Below are positions 1-12,100 of a stretch of DNA of 48,311 nucleotides, piece after piece; position 1 is the stretch's first letter, and each line of letters opens with the position of its first letter. The position numbers were made by a program, and so were the translations under genes. The stretch lies in the NCBI GenBank assembly GCA_905178155.1, contig CAJINV010000006.1, forward strand, positions 1,067,516 through 1,115,826. The letters are read 5' to 3'. A model generated the notes under the pieces. It saw nothing but the letters and a program-made list of their open reading frames with translations, was not told where the DNA came from and ran no database searches. Origin of the DNA: Amoebophrya sp. A120 (Eukaryota > Protista > Dinoflagellata).

Positions 1-107
1 GGGAAACCGGGAAACCGGGAAACCGGGAAACCGGGAAACCGGGAAACCGGGAAACCCTGGAGTGGTTTCGGGTAAGGGTATCGCTGGAGTGGTTTCGGGT
101 AAGGGTA
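1..107. repeat. (GGGAAACC)x7 followed by a 24-bp duplication, inside an intron
   Basis: GGGAAACC x7 at 1-56; CTGGAGTGGTTTCGGGTAAGGGTA at 57-80 and 84-107. Confidence 0.9.
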
Positions 108-193
108 CGCGGGGAGTGATAAAGTGCTTCACGATTTCAGTACTTTCGGGCAATTTCTACCTTTCCCGGGTCTATATATATTTGCATTTGATA
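1..193. mobile_element. Right end of an introner (family A-like); left end outside window
   Basis: Ends ...ATATTTGCATTTGATA at 193, matching family A right TIRs; an open frame starts right after. Confidence 0.7.
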
Positions 194-3100
194 GTATTTG
201 AAGAGGCGGATGGACGTCGACAGTCCAGACGAGGGCGGAATCGAGGACTGCGTTGAGGAGGGTTCGTCGCAGGATGTGAAGAGTGGGGCTGCAGCAGCTG
301 CATCGACCCCGGGGCAGCCATCGTCGCAAGCAGATATTCTGGACACCACCGTAACATCTTCAACCCCGGCCGACTTTGACATCGGCGCCGTGCAGCTGGA
401 CCCGCTGGTGTGGAAGCAGGATTTGGCCCAGCAGAGGGGGATGTGGACGGGAGGTGATGGGGTTTTTCACAAAGTGGAAAATCAAAAGACCAGCGGAGGA
501 ACAACAGGAACATCAGGTACTAGCGCGAACAAAATGATGAACAACGCGAAGTGCAGGAAAAATAGATCTGTTCGTAGAGGTCTTCTCGCGCCGTCTGATG
601 ATCAAGAAGAAGAAGACTATTTCCTCCTGTCCGAGCAAAACCGCAAGCTCTACACGTCCTTCGGCGAAAACAGCAGAGAGGCGACAGAGCAGGAAGTTTC
701 CAGCCAAACCCAAAGTTTCCGGCGGGCGCTGGAGAGTGTTGACGGGGACAACTCATTTCGGGAAGCCGAGGCGTTGTCGGCTCTCGGGTTTTACCAGGAT
801 GCGGTGAAGGGAACGGATATTTTTACTGTTGATGGCTCATCAACAGCAGAGCAGCCTAGTTACGATCCGTCCCCCCGCCGAGGCAGATTTCTCCGGCCTG
901 TGCAGCAGCCTGGAGACGATTCTCTTCGGGTTGGTTATCAACTGTAAAAATGTCTGGGTCTGGAAGATTGCCGGCTTTGTCATGCACATTTTGCATGACT
1001 CCTCAAGTCTGTGATGCATGCCCTAGCATCACGGATTTTTAGAGGGCTTCCTGATGCCTATTCCGCATGGCAAATGCTCTTTCCGTACTGCAAAATTTGG
1101 ACTCTCTTGGCTGCTCATGCAATACAGATTTTTTTAGAATCCAAAATCAGCAGGATAAGTTGGATTCTTCCAGACCCAGACATTTTTACAGTTGATATTG
1201 GTGCCGCAGCTGCAACCGGCATAGAAACCTCCGTAGAGGGCAAAGCGAAGTCGGCTCTGCGCAGGTTAGGCGAGGACGAACACGGGCGAGTAACCGATTG
1301 GCGGTTCGTTTCCTTAGCAGAAACCTTCCGAGATTTCGAGTTCGTTTCCGCGGCGGAGACTGATATTGACAGTGAAAGAACTGAAAACAACAGTAAGGAG
1401 AAGCAAGATCATGGGTCGAAGAACGAAAAGAAATCGAAATCCACTTCATCCCAGGACCTAGTAGAAGAAGGTGACTTGTTATTGTCCCCCCAGAGCAGAC
1501 GCACCCTGCAGACCGTCCGTCCCCCGAACCCCTTCTGCGACGGCCCACCGCCCGCTGGCGACTGCACAATACCTCTAACCGACGAAGATAAGTGCACGTT
1601 TTATAACAATCTTTTCCAGTCCACCGTCGCGGTTTCCACCGACACCACCTTCGACCCAAATTTCCAATCCAGAGGATTTACCCAGGTCGACACAAGTGTC
1701 GAGTTCGGGTTTAAGAATGAGTTGAAGCTCAAGATGAACGCGCCGAAGGGAAAGTTGATCAAACTGATAATATATCAACTGCAAATGTCTGGGTCTGGAA
1801 GAAGGTTTCCAGACTTGTCATGCAGGTTTTCCATGACCTTGACCCATGAGGTCTGGTATGTAGGACATAGCATGACAGATTCTGTGATAGTTCTATGATG
1901 CCTATTCTGCATGAGAAACTGCATCTCGATTAGCAGAATTCCTGGAAGAAGTGTTTGACGAAGAAGGGAGAACAAATAGAGAAAGACTGCAAAAAGCGGA
2001 GGCTAAGCTGCGCACGAGAATACAAGGCTATACAAGGGAGGGGACATAGACGCAAGCTTTCGGGACTACGACCACCGGACGGAGGTAGACGAAATATACC
2101 AAAAGGAGGCCGGCCCACCAGTGACGGGATACAGGAGAGGAGAAAAAGTCACAACAGGGCAAGGGAAAGAGAAGAAGGGCGAAAAAACAAGAAAGACGGA
2201 ATTTCGGCACTACATGGGAAAGCTTCCGCACGACAACAAGAGAAAATGGGCCCTAGCGGTTCAATATGTGGACGACGGGACTACTGTCCTGAAGTTTTTT
2301 GTAGAAGATATAGAAGTGGTAGCGGCAGCTTTGAGAGCAGCAAGCTGGGCGCGCCAAAAAATCTATGAAACAGAAGGACAATTTTTGGCGCCCATGAAGT
2401 GCGAACTTGCCACGTCGCTGAAAGAGGCAGGCTTTCCAGCCTTTTGGAATTATGTTCGAAGAGAAGGACTTCCTAAAGATCTTAGGAATAAGGATAGTGC
2501 CAACGAACAAGGAGGGACAGCGCAAGGCTCTCAGGGGCCAAGTTCAGCAGAGCATAGGAATAGGGCAGCACCTGGCGTGCCAGGTCATGTCAAGACGGAA
2601 AAAACTAGAGGGGGCGGAGCTGGTGTGGATAGTCCAGGCGTTCTCTGTATCGTCGATGATATATTTTCTACCGGTGACGCAGCTCTATTTCGACATGCAA
2701 GACTGGGCGACGATGCTAGGGGAAATATCGCTAACAACAGCAGAGACGATAGGGATGACAGAGGAAACGGCTGAAGAACTGATGAGAAAGACGAACACAA
2801 ATGCAGAAACCTTCTACCGTGTGGCTTTCGGGGCGAAGATGCTAGGAATTACAGACCCATTCACGCTGGGGCTGAAAACACTAAGAGCAACAGCCCAAGC
2901 AAACGACTTGACAGACCCGGGGAGTTTCATCCAAATGGCAACAATGCCGCTCAAAATAGTAGGTGAATCGAAAGCAGGAATAGCAAGAGCCGTGGAAAGA
3001 AAGATCATGAAGAGAAAAGAAGCTGGCATAGCATTACTGCAGGCACTCAGAGACGGAGCATCGGTAAGGTTGTCTGCGGGGAGCGATCTGCGGGGGGTGG

Positions 3101-6100
3101 GAATAGTAAGAAAAACTAACAAAGTAAAGCCGCAGATGGTACAAAGTCAGCACGTGCGCAGATGCGACAGGAGTCTGCTTGCGGACAAAATAAAACAAGG
3201 GGGGAAAGGCAAGAAAGGGCAAAGTGACTACATGGCGAAGATATGGGTAAAACACACGGAAAAGGAAGAGGCCACGACGGTAACAATAGAGGAATGGAAA
3301 GGGAAAGAAGAGCACATGGCAACAATTGAAACGAGGCAGGATCACCTAAAGACAGAAGTTAGGACAGAAGAACGAAAATTCGTAGCGTATTGCAATAACG
3401 CCATAAGAGCGATAGAGATGGTGAAGAAGCAGCAACGCGAAGGGAGTGGAGGGGTGTGCGTGTGCTTGCTGGATTGCGACGAGATGAAAGAGAAAACGCG
3501 GGGGCTCCTGCGGAAAGAACAAGGGAGAGCGCTAGAGCTGCAGGAGGAAATAGAAAAAGCAGAGGAACAGATCCCGGGATTAGCAGCAGCCAGGCGCTGG
3601 GGGAAGCAGAACGCGCCCAAAACCCTCGCAAAGAGAGAAGCACAAGGGGGCTATACAGAAGTGATACCCTTGAAGGTGGCAAACGTATCGAAGCACGACG
3701 ACGAATATGCCGAATGGGTTCAGTACGATTTCGGGGCTAAAAATGTACCGACAAAACCGGTCTGGGAATGGCCGGAAATCAATGCCAAAAATAGAAAGAC
3801 AAGTGTGCATCTACCGGAAGACTATAGGAGATGAAAAGAAAGAAGGGCAGAAAACGGAGAAGGGAAGCGGTGACGGCGGGGACGACAGAAAGAAAGGCAG
3901 CGCAGGAGAGAGGAAGGGGAAGGGGGCAGGCAGCAGTGCGAAGGGAAACGCTCGCTGCGGAAAAGGCCCCAAGGGGAACACTGCGCCGACAGACACGAGC
4001 AGGGAGATAGGCAGCGGGTCATTAGCAGAAACAATCAGAAAAATGGTAGAAGGGGAAAAGATAAGAGCACAAAAAGAAGGAAGCGAAATGCTGCAGAGGG
4101 CGCTGGACATAATAGGAAGAGCCACAGACCTACTAGAAACAGCCGAAGACGTTCCACTAGAATCCCGCGCGACGTCGAGCAGCAGCACCAGGAGAGACGT
4201 GCCGGAAATAACAGAAGAGCGAAATGAATCAAAAAAAGAAGAAAAGGACGAAACAGAGGAAGATGCGTATTTCTACCCGGCGCAGGAGTATCAGGGAAGC
4301 CGCCCAGGATATGTGTACAAACTTGGGCATTTTGGCATGGGGTATTATAAGGATCAAGGACCGGAGGAGGCAACGCGGGAGATGTTTCAAAAAATTACGA
4401 TAGGGGGGCCAGGAGGCAAACTGCCCAAGAGGGAAGTCTCGAAAGAACAGAAAACAGCGAGCAAAGAAGTCGCAGGAGATGCGACGCGACATGAGAAGAA
4501 CACGCAGCAAGTGCGCCAAGTGCCGGAAAAGGAGGAGGAAACAGAAGCGACAGCACGAGAAGCAGCAGAACCAGCTGGAGAAGGGGGACTTGGAGGACTG
4601 AGGAAGAAAATCGCTAAAGATATAAGCGAAACAGAGATGGCAAAAGAAGATAAAAAGGAAGAAAAAAGATTCCCAACGCTGGAGGAGCTGAACGAGAGGG
4701 ACCGGAAGCGGGACCGCGAAGAGGCAGCGGAGCGGGAAGACGAGCGCAAGCGGCAGGAAGAAAGGAGATCCATGAAAAGACTGAAGTATGAAAACCCATT
4801 ACAAGATGAGTTAGCCCAGATGTATAGGAACACGCGCTGAGAAATAATGATGAAGGAAATGTTCAAAAATGATGAAAAGAAAGGGAACAGAGAACGAAAC
4901 AGAAGGGCGCATAATGGGGGCGCAGTGTTCTGGGTGTCGGCGGAGGGGAGAGGAAGCAGAGGAAAGAAAAGGAAGAGAAGAAAGAAAGTGGCTCCCTTGG
5001 TCGTCACAGCTAGCCTGCAAGGGCTCCGTTTCCGCCAGCTGAAAGGCACGGCGGTGCTAATCGTCTCGTCCTCGCCAGCCGATAGGCACGGCGCTGCTAT
5101 CCCGTCGTCGTCATTGCGTCCCTTTTACTAGTAGGTGGAAACAGGGTTGCTAAGTTAAAGACTGCGCTAAGGCAGCGCCCCCCTTCCCCAAGGGGCCCCC
5201 CGGGGCGGGCGCGGTGGCGGCTCTGCTAACGCGGAGCTTCAAAGTCCGACTCTACCTATGCGCATAAAAAGTAAGGGCGCGCGGAAGCAGGTCGGTAAAG
5301 TGCTTGAAAGGGGCATGCTTTGGGGTTGCCCGTCATCGTGATAGGGTCAACGTGTGTGACCAATAGACCCCCTGTATATCATAGCGCGCAACCGACCACA
5401 AAAGCAGTAGCGTTTGACGTTTGTAAGAATAACCCCGCAAGGCAACACTGGAGCTCCACCTTGCTCGCGGGCTTGGATGGTAAATCAGGTCAGCCACATC
5501 TAACGCCCACTGGCCGTATACACGCGTAAGAAATCGGAAACGGTTCAGCGGATGCGGTCGGGTGGTACCTGTAGGACGTGGAACGGGTGTCCACCTAGGG
5601 GTATTGGCAGAGGCTAAATCTGTTCTAGCGCCACGGTATTGGCAGAGGCTAAATCTGTTCTAACGCCACCCTGACAGGAGTCAAATGCCAAAGCGATACG
5701 ATGCGACTAGGTCGCACGTGGACAGCTTTTGGTAATCATGCAACACAGATTTCTACGTGATTCAGATTTAGCATTACAAGTTCCAACCTTCGAGACCCAA
5801 ACATATTTGCAATGCATATGATACGGAACGTGGAGTTACCGGTAACTGGCGGCGAAACGCTGTTCGACTTGACCACCTTCTTCCGCGGGCAGATCCAGGA
5901 CCAGAGTCTCTCCTGTTGCCGGCCCGGGGGGACGGTTAATCCTTCTACGCCGTTGATTTCCTTCAGGATAGCAAGAGCTCTACCGATCTTCATGGCGGCG
6001 AACAAAAACGAATTTAGGAATGACCCAGACAGGTACCCTGTGGAAGCGGATTTACCAATCAGATTTGGTGACAATAGTTTCATCGAGTTCAAGTTCATCG

Positions 6101-9100
6101 CGTCCGGGCCGGTGGCGCCGGGGAATGTTTTGGAGATCCAGGGGCCCGCCGGATACCGGTTTGTCCCGGATTTTTTCCAGCTGCGGGATATGGGCCCGGA
6201 GGGGTTCTGTCCCCCCCCGAAGCCGGGGGACGAGGGGTGTGCCTACCCCTATTTGTCGTTGACGGTGAATAGGATTTTGGACAACGGGATGGACCAGCCG
6301 AGGTTGATTCTCACCATGGACACGAAGGACGAAATTTGGTTGAAAATGTACAGGACGATCAACATGGTCACCGTCGAGAAGAAGGAGTACGACGCAACGG
6401 ATCCGGCGAATGTGTATTTGTTAGAAAGAGGGTTGATCGGGGACGATTTGGTGGTGGATGTGAACGCCACGGAAGTTACAAACGTTCTCCCCCCGCCAAG
6501 CTCCATGCCCGATAACCAGATCTACTTTGGCAGGAGGTACGCATTTATGCATTGCAAAAGCATCGTACTAGTATAAACCGCAATACAAATTTCCTTAGCA
6601 TTAGAAATGGAATTTGTAATGCGGATTTGCCTTTCCAAGACCCTCCGGTTTGTTTGAGAAACATAGACCCTCCGGTTTGTTTGAGAACGGATACTATCCC
6701 TTTCCAAATCAAAACACATTAGGACCCGGGGGGACAGGAAGAGCCCCCCGGTAGCGCTAGTCTCACATGGGTGCACACATAAGGACGTTGACGGAGAAAC
6801 ACACACACACACGCAAAAACACGTCGGCCAAAAACAAAAATAAAATGCGTCCTGCACAAACTGCCCTCACTCACTCACCGGGTGGATGCGCCGCCGAGGT
6901 CCGCAGATAGCTTATTGAGAAAAAGAATAAGACTAGTAATAGCTTAGTAAGAAAGAAAAAGATAGAAGTCGCAAAAACTACTACTAATGTTTTTGTGCTA
7001 GAATAGCCGCGCCGCTGAACAACGGGAGACGGCCTGTCCGGTGAGTGAGTACGCCGTCAACTGCTCGCCGGGGCGCTGCGTGGAAGGGCAGCGTCGCCGC
7101 AAGTCGAGCCGGGGAACTAGTTTCTTTGCTTTCGACTGCCTTTTATTTTTTATGTTCCCCGTCATCTCAATTCCCCCTTAACTTGCCGCCTTACTCTTCA
7201 CGGACATCTCGTGGATGACATCAGCGCGTAGAACGGTTCGAACCAGCCTCGGGCTACAAGGCGACAGGTAAACCATCCCTACGCCCTCCGCTTTGACCTT
7301 GACGAAACTGACTACCAAACACTCTGGGGATTTCTATCAGCAACAGCATTGCCGACACCTAGGGCCACGCCACCGCGCCTTCCGAGGGTAGATCAGACGG
7401 ACCACAGAAGGGCGCTGCGAGGTGGCAACGACATCACTGAAGCGGGAGAGCGGATACAAGGCCTTCGCTCAACTGTGTGGTGTGCGTTGTTTACTAGTCC
7501 TAGTTTCATCGTCCGCGTGTTACTAGCGTCCTGACCCTTCAGGTCGTCCCTGCCGCCGGTGGTCACGTCCGCGTGGCGCTATCAGCGAATCAGCGAAAAT
7601 AGGTTATCTCTCTCTCTCTCTCTAATGCGGATTTGCCTTCAGAAAATGCATGACTGCGATTACTACGAGTGCGATACTTTTGCACAGGATAGCATTGCAG
7701 GCGAGGGTACAGGGACCGCAACAGGCGGCGGTATTATAAAGTTTTTTTGTTGTTGCTTGTTCTTTCCAGCATGACAAAATGAGTCTTGTCTTCGAAAATA
7801 AAGTCTTGCATCACAGACTACACGACATGCGATCCGTTCCAAACCATACCAAAACAGCCCCCGCCCAACCACCAGTTCCAGATCAAATTCACAACCTTAG
7901 TCGCGGTCAACAACGGGGAATATCCAAATGACCTCGGCCCCAGCCCAGATTTCAACATGACCCACTGCATCCCCTTTCGAATCAGCAAATCCATCCTCGC
8001 GTTCCATGACCCGGACATCACCTATCCGCTAGAATGGCAGTCCTTCGTCGCCGCAGATTCCTTCCTCGACGTGAAACTCGAGTTCCCCCGGAAGTTCCCG
8101 CAGGATCTAGGGTTGACAAACCTCGAAGTCTACCCGCCTTCTTCCGGGTTTTTCCTCCCGAGAGGGCAAATTTTCAGCGACCGACAAGAATATTTACCGT
8201 TGCAGTTCGCTTCCATCACGGTGAACAAAATCCGGCCGTTCACGGCGCCGGTGGAAATCAACGGGACGACGTTATACCCAGCGACGAAGTACGTGCAAGC
8301 GCCGGGGGGCGTTATCAAATGCAAAAATGTCTGGATCTGGAAGAGTGTAAACTTGTCATGCAGGTTTTCCATGACCCTTGAAGTCTGGAATGCGGGACCT
8401 AGCATGACAGAGTCTGTGAGGTCTCTTTCATGCCTATCCTGCATGAGAAAATCCCTCCCAACTTGGTCAAAAGTGGACAGCTTTTGGCACTCATGCAACA
8501 CAGATTTTTGCATGATTCGGATTTAGCATGACAAGTTGCAATCTTCCAGACTCAGACATTTTTGCAATCCATAGGCGTGAATCTGAAACTAGTCTGCGAC
8601 CGGAACGACTCAACCCCGATAAACAAAGACGTCGAGCTATTATATGTAGAAACGTCCCCACCCCATAGTCAAGTTGGGATCTTAGCAACACAAATCTAGA
8701 AGTTTTGGGAGCCTCGCATGACAAGTTGCAGTTCGTAGTGTACTGCAGGTTCGTAAGGACAGCGGCATCACAAATCCATCTGCTCATCCTGTTCCCGGCA
8801 TTACAAATCCCAAAACACGACTAGCAATTGCCTCTCATGGGGACCCGCATTACAAATGTTTCTGTAGATGCAAATCTGCATGACAACTATGGGGTGGGGA
8901 CGTTTTTACTCAGCATACGAGCCGGTCCAGAACTACCACTGGTACATCATCGGGAACGCGAAAAACCCGACGACCGGGGTGGTTTCTACTCTCGGTTGGG
9001 AGCGGTATGAGCCGAAGGATTTACTCGTTTCCCAGTTCTATGCATTGCAAATATGTCAAGGAATGCAAACTTGTGATGCGCATTTCACAACACATACAAA

Positions 9101-12100
9101 TCTCTCATGCCGCAGCGGCAAAAGCTGCCCACTTTCTGACACCAAAGTGGGGAGTTTGTCATTCGGATTCGGCGTTCCGGAAGCTTTTCGAAATCTGTGA
9201 TACCAGAGCTTCCATGCCAGACCTTCTGCGTCATGCAAAAACAGCATGACTCTTCCAGACCGAGACATATTTGCATTTCATAAGTTCCCGGTGCAGTGGA
9301 ATCCAGAGACGAAGTGGATCGCTGGGTCGCAGGTGGAAGCCATGTTTGAAATCAAATTCAGAATACCGCTGCCCGTCGGTGGCGCAATTTACATCAAAGC
9401 GCCGCCGAATTACCGGTTTAGGTGCCCGATTACGAACATCATGGTCCTATCATATGTAAAAACGTCCCCACCCCAGAGTTGTCATGCAGATTTGCGATTG
9501 CAGGAAGATTTGCAATGCGCATCTCCATGAGAGGCATTGCCAGTCGTGTTTTGGGATTTGTAATGCTGCAAACAGCATAAGCAGATGGATTTGTGATGCG
9601 GTTGTCCTTGCTAACATGCACTACTTACACTACGGACTGCAACTTGTCATGCGTTGCTCTCAAAACTTCTGGATTTGTGTTGCTAAGTTCCCAACTTGAC
9701 TATGGGGGTGGGGACGTTTTTACATATGATAGCTCCCGGAGCCGAGTTACATGCCAATTTGCGTGTTTAACCCCATCCATCCTCTGTTGCAGGGTTGTGG
9801 CAGGATAGAACGGGATCTGCAGCAGGTGACTTTTGACATAAACCGTTTGGAAAACAGGATCGAGTATCTGAAGGAACTGAGCAAAATCAAACCCCAGGAG
9901 ATGACGCCGCAACAGAGATTGACTTTCATCTCCGAAACGGTGAACGGGACGAGGAGGGAATTAGATGTGAAAATGCTGTACAAGAGGGAATTAGAGGAAA
10001 TCATGGAGTACGTGCCGCCACCAAGTTCTGAAACCGATTCAACCACGATCACAACTTTGACGATAACCAGTACCGCGTCTGGCGGGTTCTCGATCACAAA
10101 TACTCCGCCTACAACCACGACAACAGAGCCGCCCACAACCCTCCCCCCGAACGGCCTGGCGACGACCGCCAAGCCGGAGGGGAAGCCGCCGAGCGGGTGC
10201 GAGCTGCGGCACGAGGTCTTGTTTGCTTATCAGACGACGGATTACCCGCTATGAACTGCAAATGTGTTTGGGTCTGGAAGAATTATGCAGAAGACTTCTC
10301 ATGATGCACATTTCGCAAGACCCATGATGTCTGTGATGCATGCTCTAGCATCACAAACTTTTTGAGGGCTTTCTGATGCGCATACTGCATCGTAGCACAA
10401 AATCGACTCCTCTTGCTGGTCATGATGCAATACAGATTTTTTTAGAATCCGAAGACAGCATCAGAAGTTGCCTTCTTCCAGACCCGGACATATTTGCACT
10501 TCATACCCGCCGGTGTTCTACGAAACGAAGATGACCCGGTCGATCCGCGATCCGATCACGGGTATGCATTGCAAAAGCATCGTCAGGAGAGGTCCTAGGA
10601 GTAATCTTCGCAATCATGCATTGCAAATCTCTTTCGCAAGGGAAATCGGCATGACAGATTCCATCTGTCATGCTGAACTAATTTGTAATGCAATCACTAC
10701 TAGAAGCACAAGCAGCGCGACACTTTTGCAATGCATAACTGGCATCCGGCAGGAACGGTCGCAGCAGGTGGCGATCCCGATCATGACCTACAAGTTCAAC
10801 ATCCGGATGGAACTGCCGGATATGCATTGCAAATATCGATCTGTGTCTGGAAACTTGTGATGCTAATTTATGAATTGCGGGGATCACACTGCAATAGGCA
10901 GCCGCGCATGACAAGTTTCTGGGCTCCTTTGTGTTTCGCTTTCCGCATGACAAATAACTACATTTGTGCATGACAGGCAAGCGGCTCTTTATTTCCTGCT
11001 CCCGCATTACAGGTTCAAGACTCACATATTAAGACAAGCATGACAAGCTTGCACTCTACTTCCAGACCCGGACAACATATTTGCATTGGATACCGGAAGC
11101 GGACGCGCAGCTCCCGAACAGCAACCGGTACAACGATTTCGACGTGATTATGCTGGACCGGATGAAGAGAACCATTGACAACAACGTGGCGGTATCCTGT
11201 GCAAAAGTGTCGTACTCGTATTGCAGTCATGCATTACAAATCTTTTTCTTAACGTAAACCCGCATTACAAATTTTCTCTCTCATGCTGAGAGAATTTGCA
11301 ATGCATTTAAATACGAGTACGATACTTTTGCAATGCATAGGCGGTGCCCGTCCCCCAATTCTACACGGACTACAAAGTGACCAACTTCATATGCATCGCA
11401 AGAGCATCGTGCCAAGTAGTAGCAAGCGCATGACAGATTTACTGCGTAGCATGTTGACAAATGGACTTTGTAATGCTGATTTGGCTTCGCAAAGAACATT
11501 TCTCTTGCAGGAATGCGATTAGTGGCGCGTCGTGCACGATGCTCTTGCAGTGGATACTTCACCTTTTGGTACGACCACGAGCGGACGCGGTTCCGCACTC
11601 AGGAGGAAAATAAAGTGATCAACGGGATCGACGAGGCCTATGACCCCTATCCTATGTAAAAACGTCCCCACCCGCCCATAGCTGTCATGCAGATTTGCCA
11701 ATGCAGGAACATTTGTAATGCGCACCGGCATGGGAGGTACTTCCAATCGTGTTGTGGAATTCGTAATGCTGTAAACGGGATACGTGCGTGGCGTTGTGAT
11801 GCGGCTGTGCTTGATAAACTGCACTCCAAGACACAGAGGAACTTGTCATGCGTGACTCTCAAAAGTTCTGGATTCCTGTTGCGAAAGCCCCATCTTGATG
11901 ACTATGGGGTGGGGACGTTTTTGCTCAGCATAACCCGCGCGGAAAAATCATCCCCTTCTATGTCACGATCGCCATCAACGAGCGGATTCCGGCGGGGCGG
12001 GGGTTCAAGGTGATGGAATTTACCGTCCCGGACAATGGGTTTGGCATGGAAATCGCCTTGCCGACGGATGTCCAAGTTCTCTCCGAGGCCGTGCCGGTGC

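Larger units (their letters stand above)
1934..5710 (+). mobile_element. 5'-truncated, frameshifted non-LTR retrotransposon (LINE-like)
   Basis: RT-like motifs QYVDD...GQFLAPMKCE (ORF 2121), then FLKILGI, IVQAFSVSSMIY and MLGITDP (ORF 2452); strongly purine-rich sense strand; TAG (CGAYTAG) at both junctions; 3' tail GCGATACGATGCGAC. Confidence 0.75.
1773..5818. mobile_element. Introner family A interrupted by a retrotransposon
   Basis: Halves 1773-1933 and 5711-5818 together match intact copies (8313-8573; reverse complement of 12191-12452); DR TAATA/TGATA; frame restored (KLII|RNVEL). Confidence 0.9.

Noticed and set aside
1-56. Telomere
   Set aside because: Not TTTAGGG-type, and it lies inside an intron of a gene that appears to continue upstream
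2028-5049. Minus-strand ORFs within the retroelement
   Set aside because: Phe/Ser/Leu-rich shadows of the purine-rich sense strand
7732-7816. Non-canonical TA...AG intron with a 1-nt repeat (similarly 31633-31724)
   Set aside because: Simpler in-frame GT-AG introns exist (7731-7803; 31654-31724)
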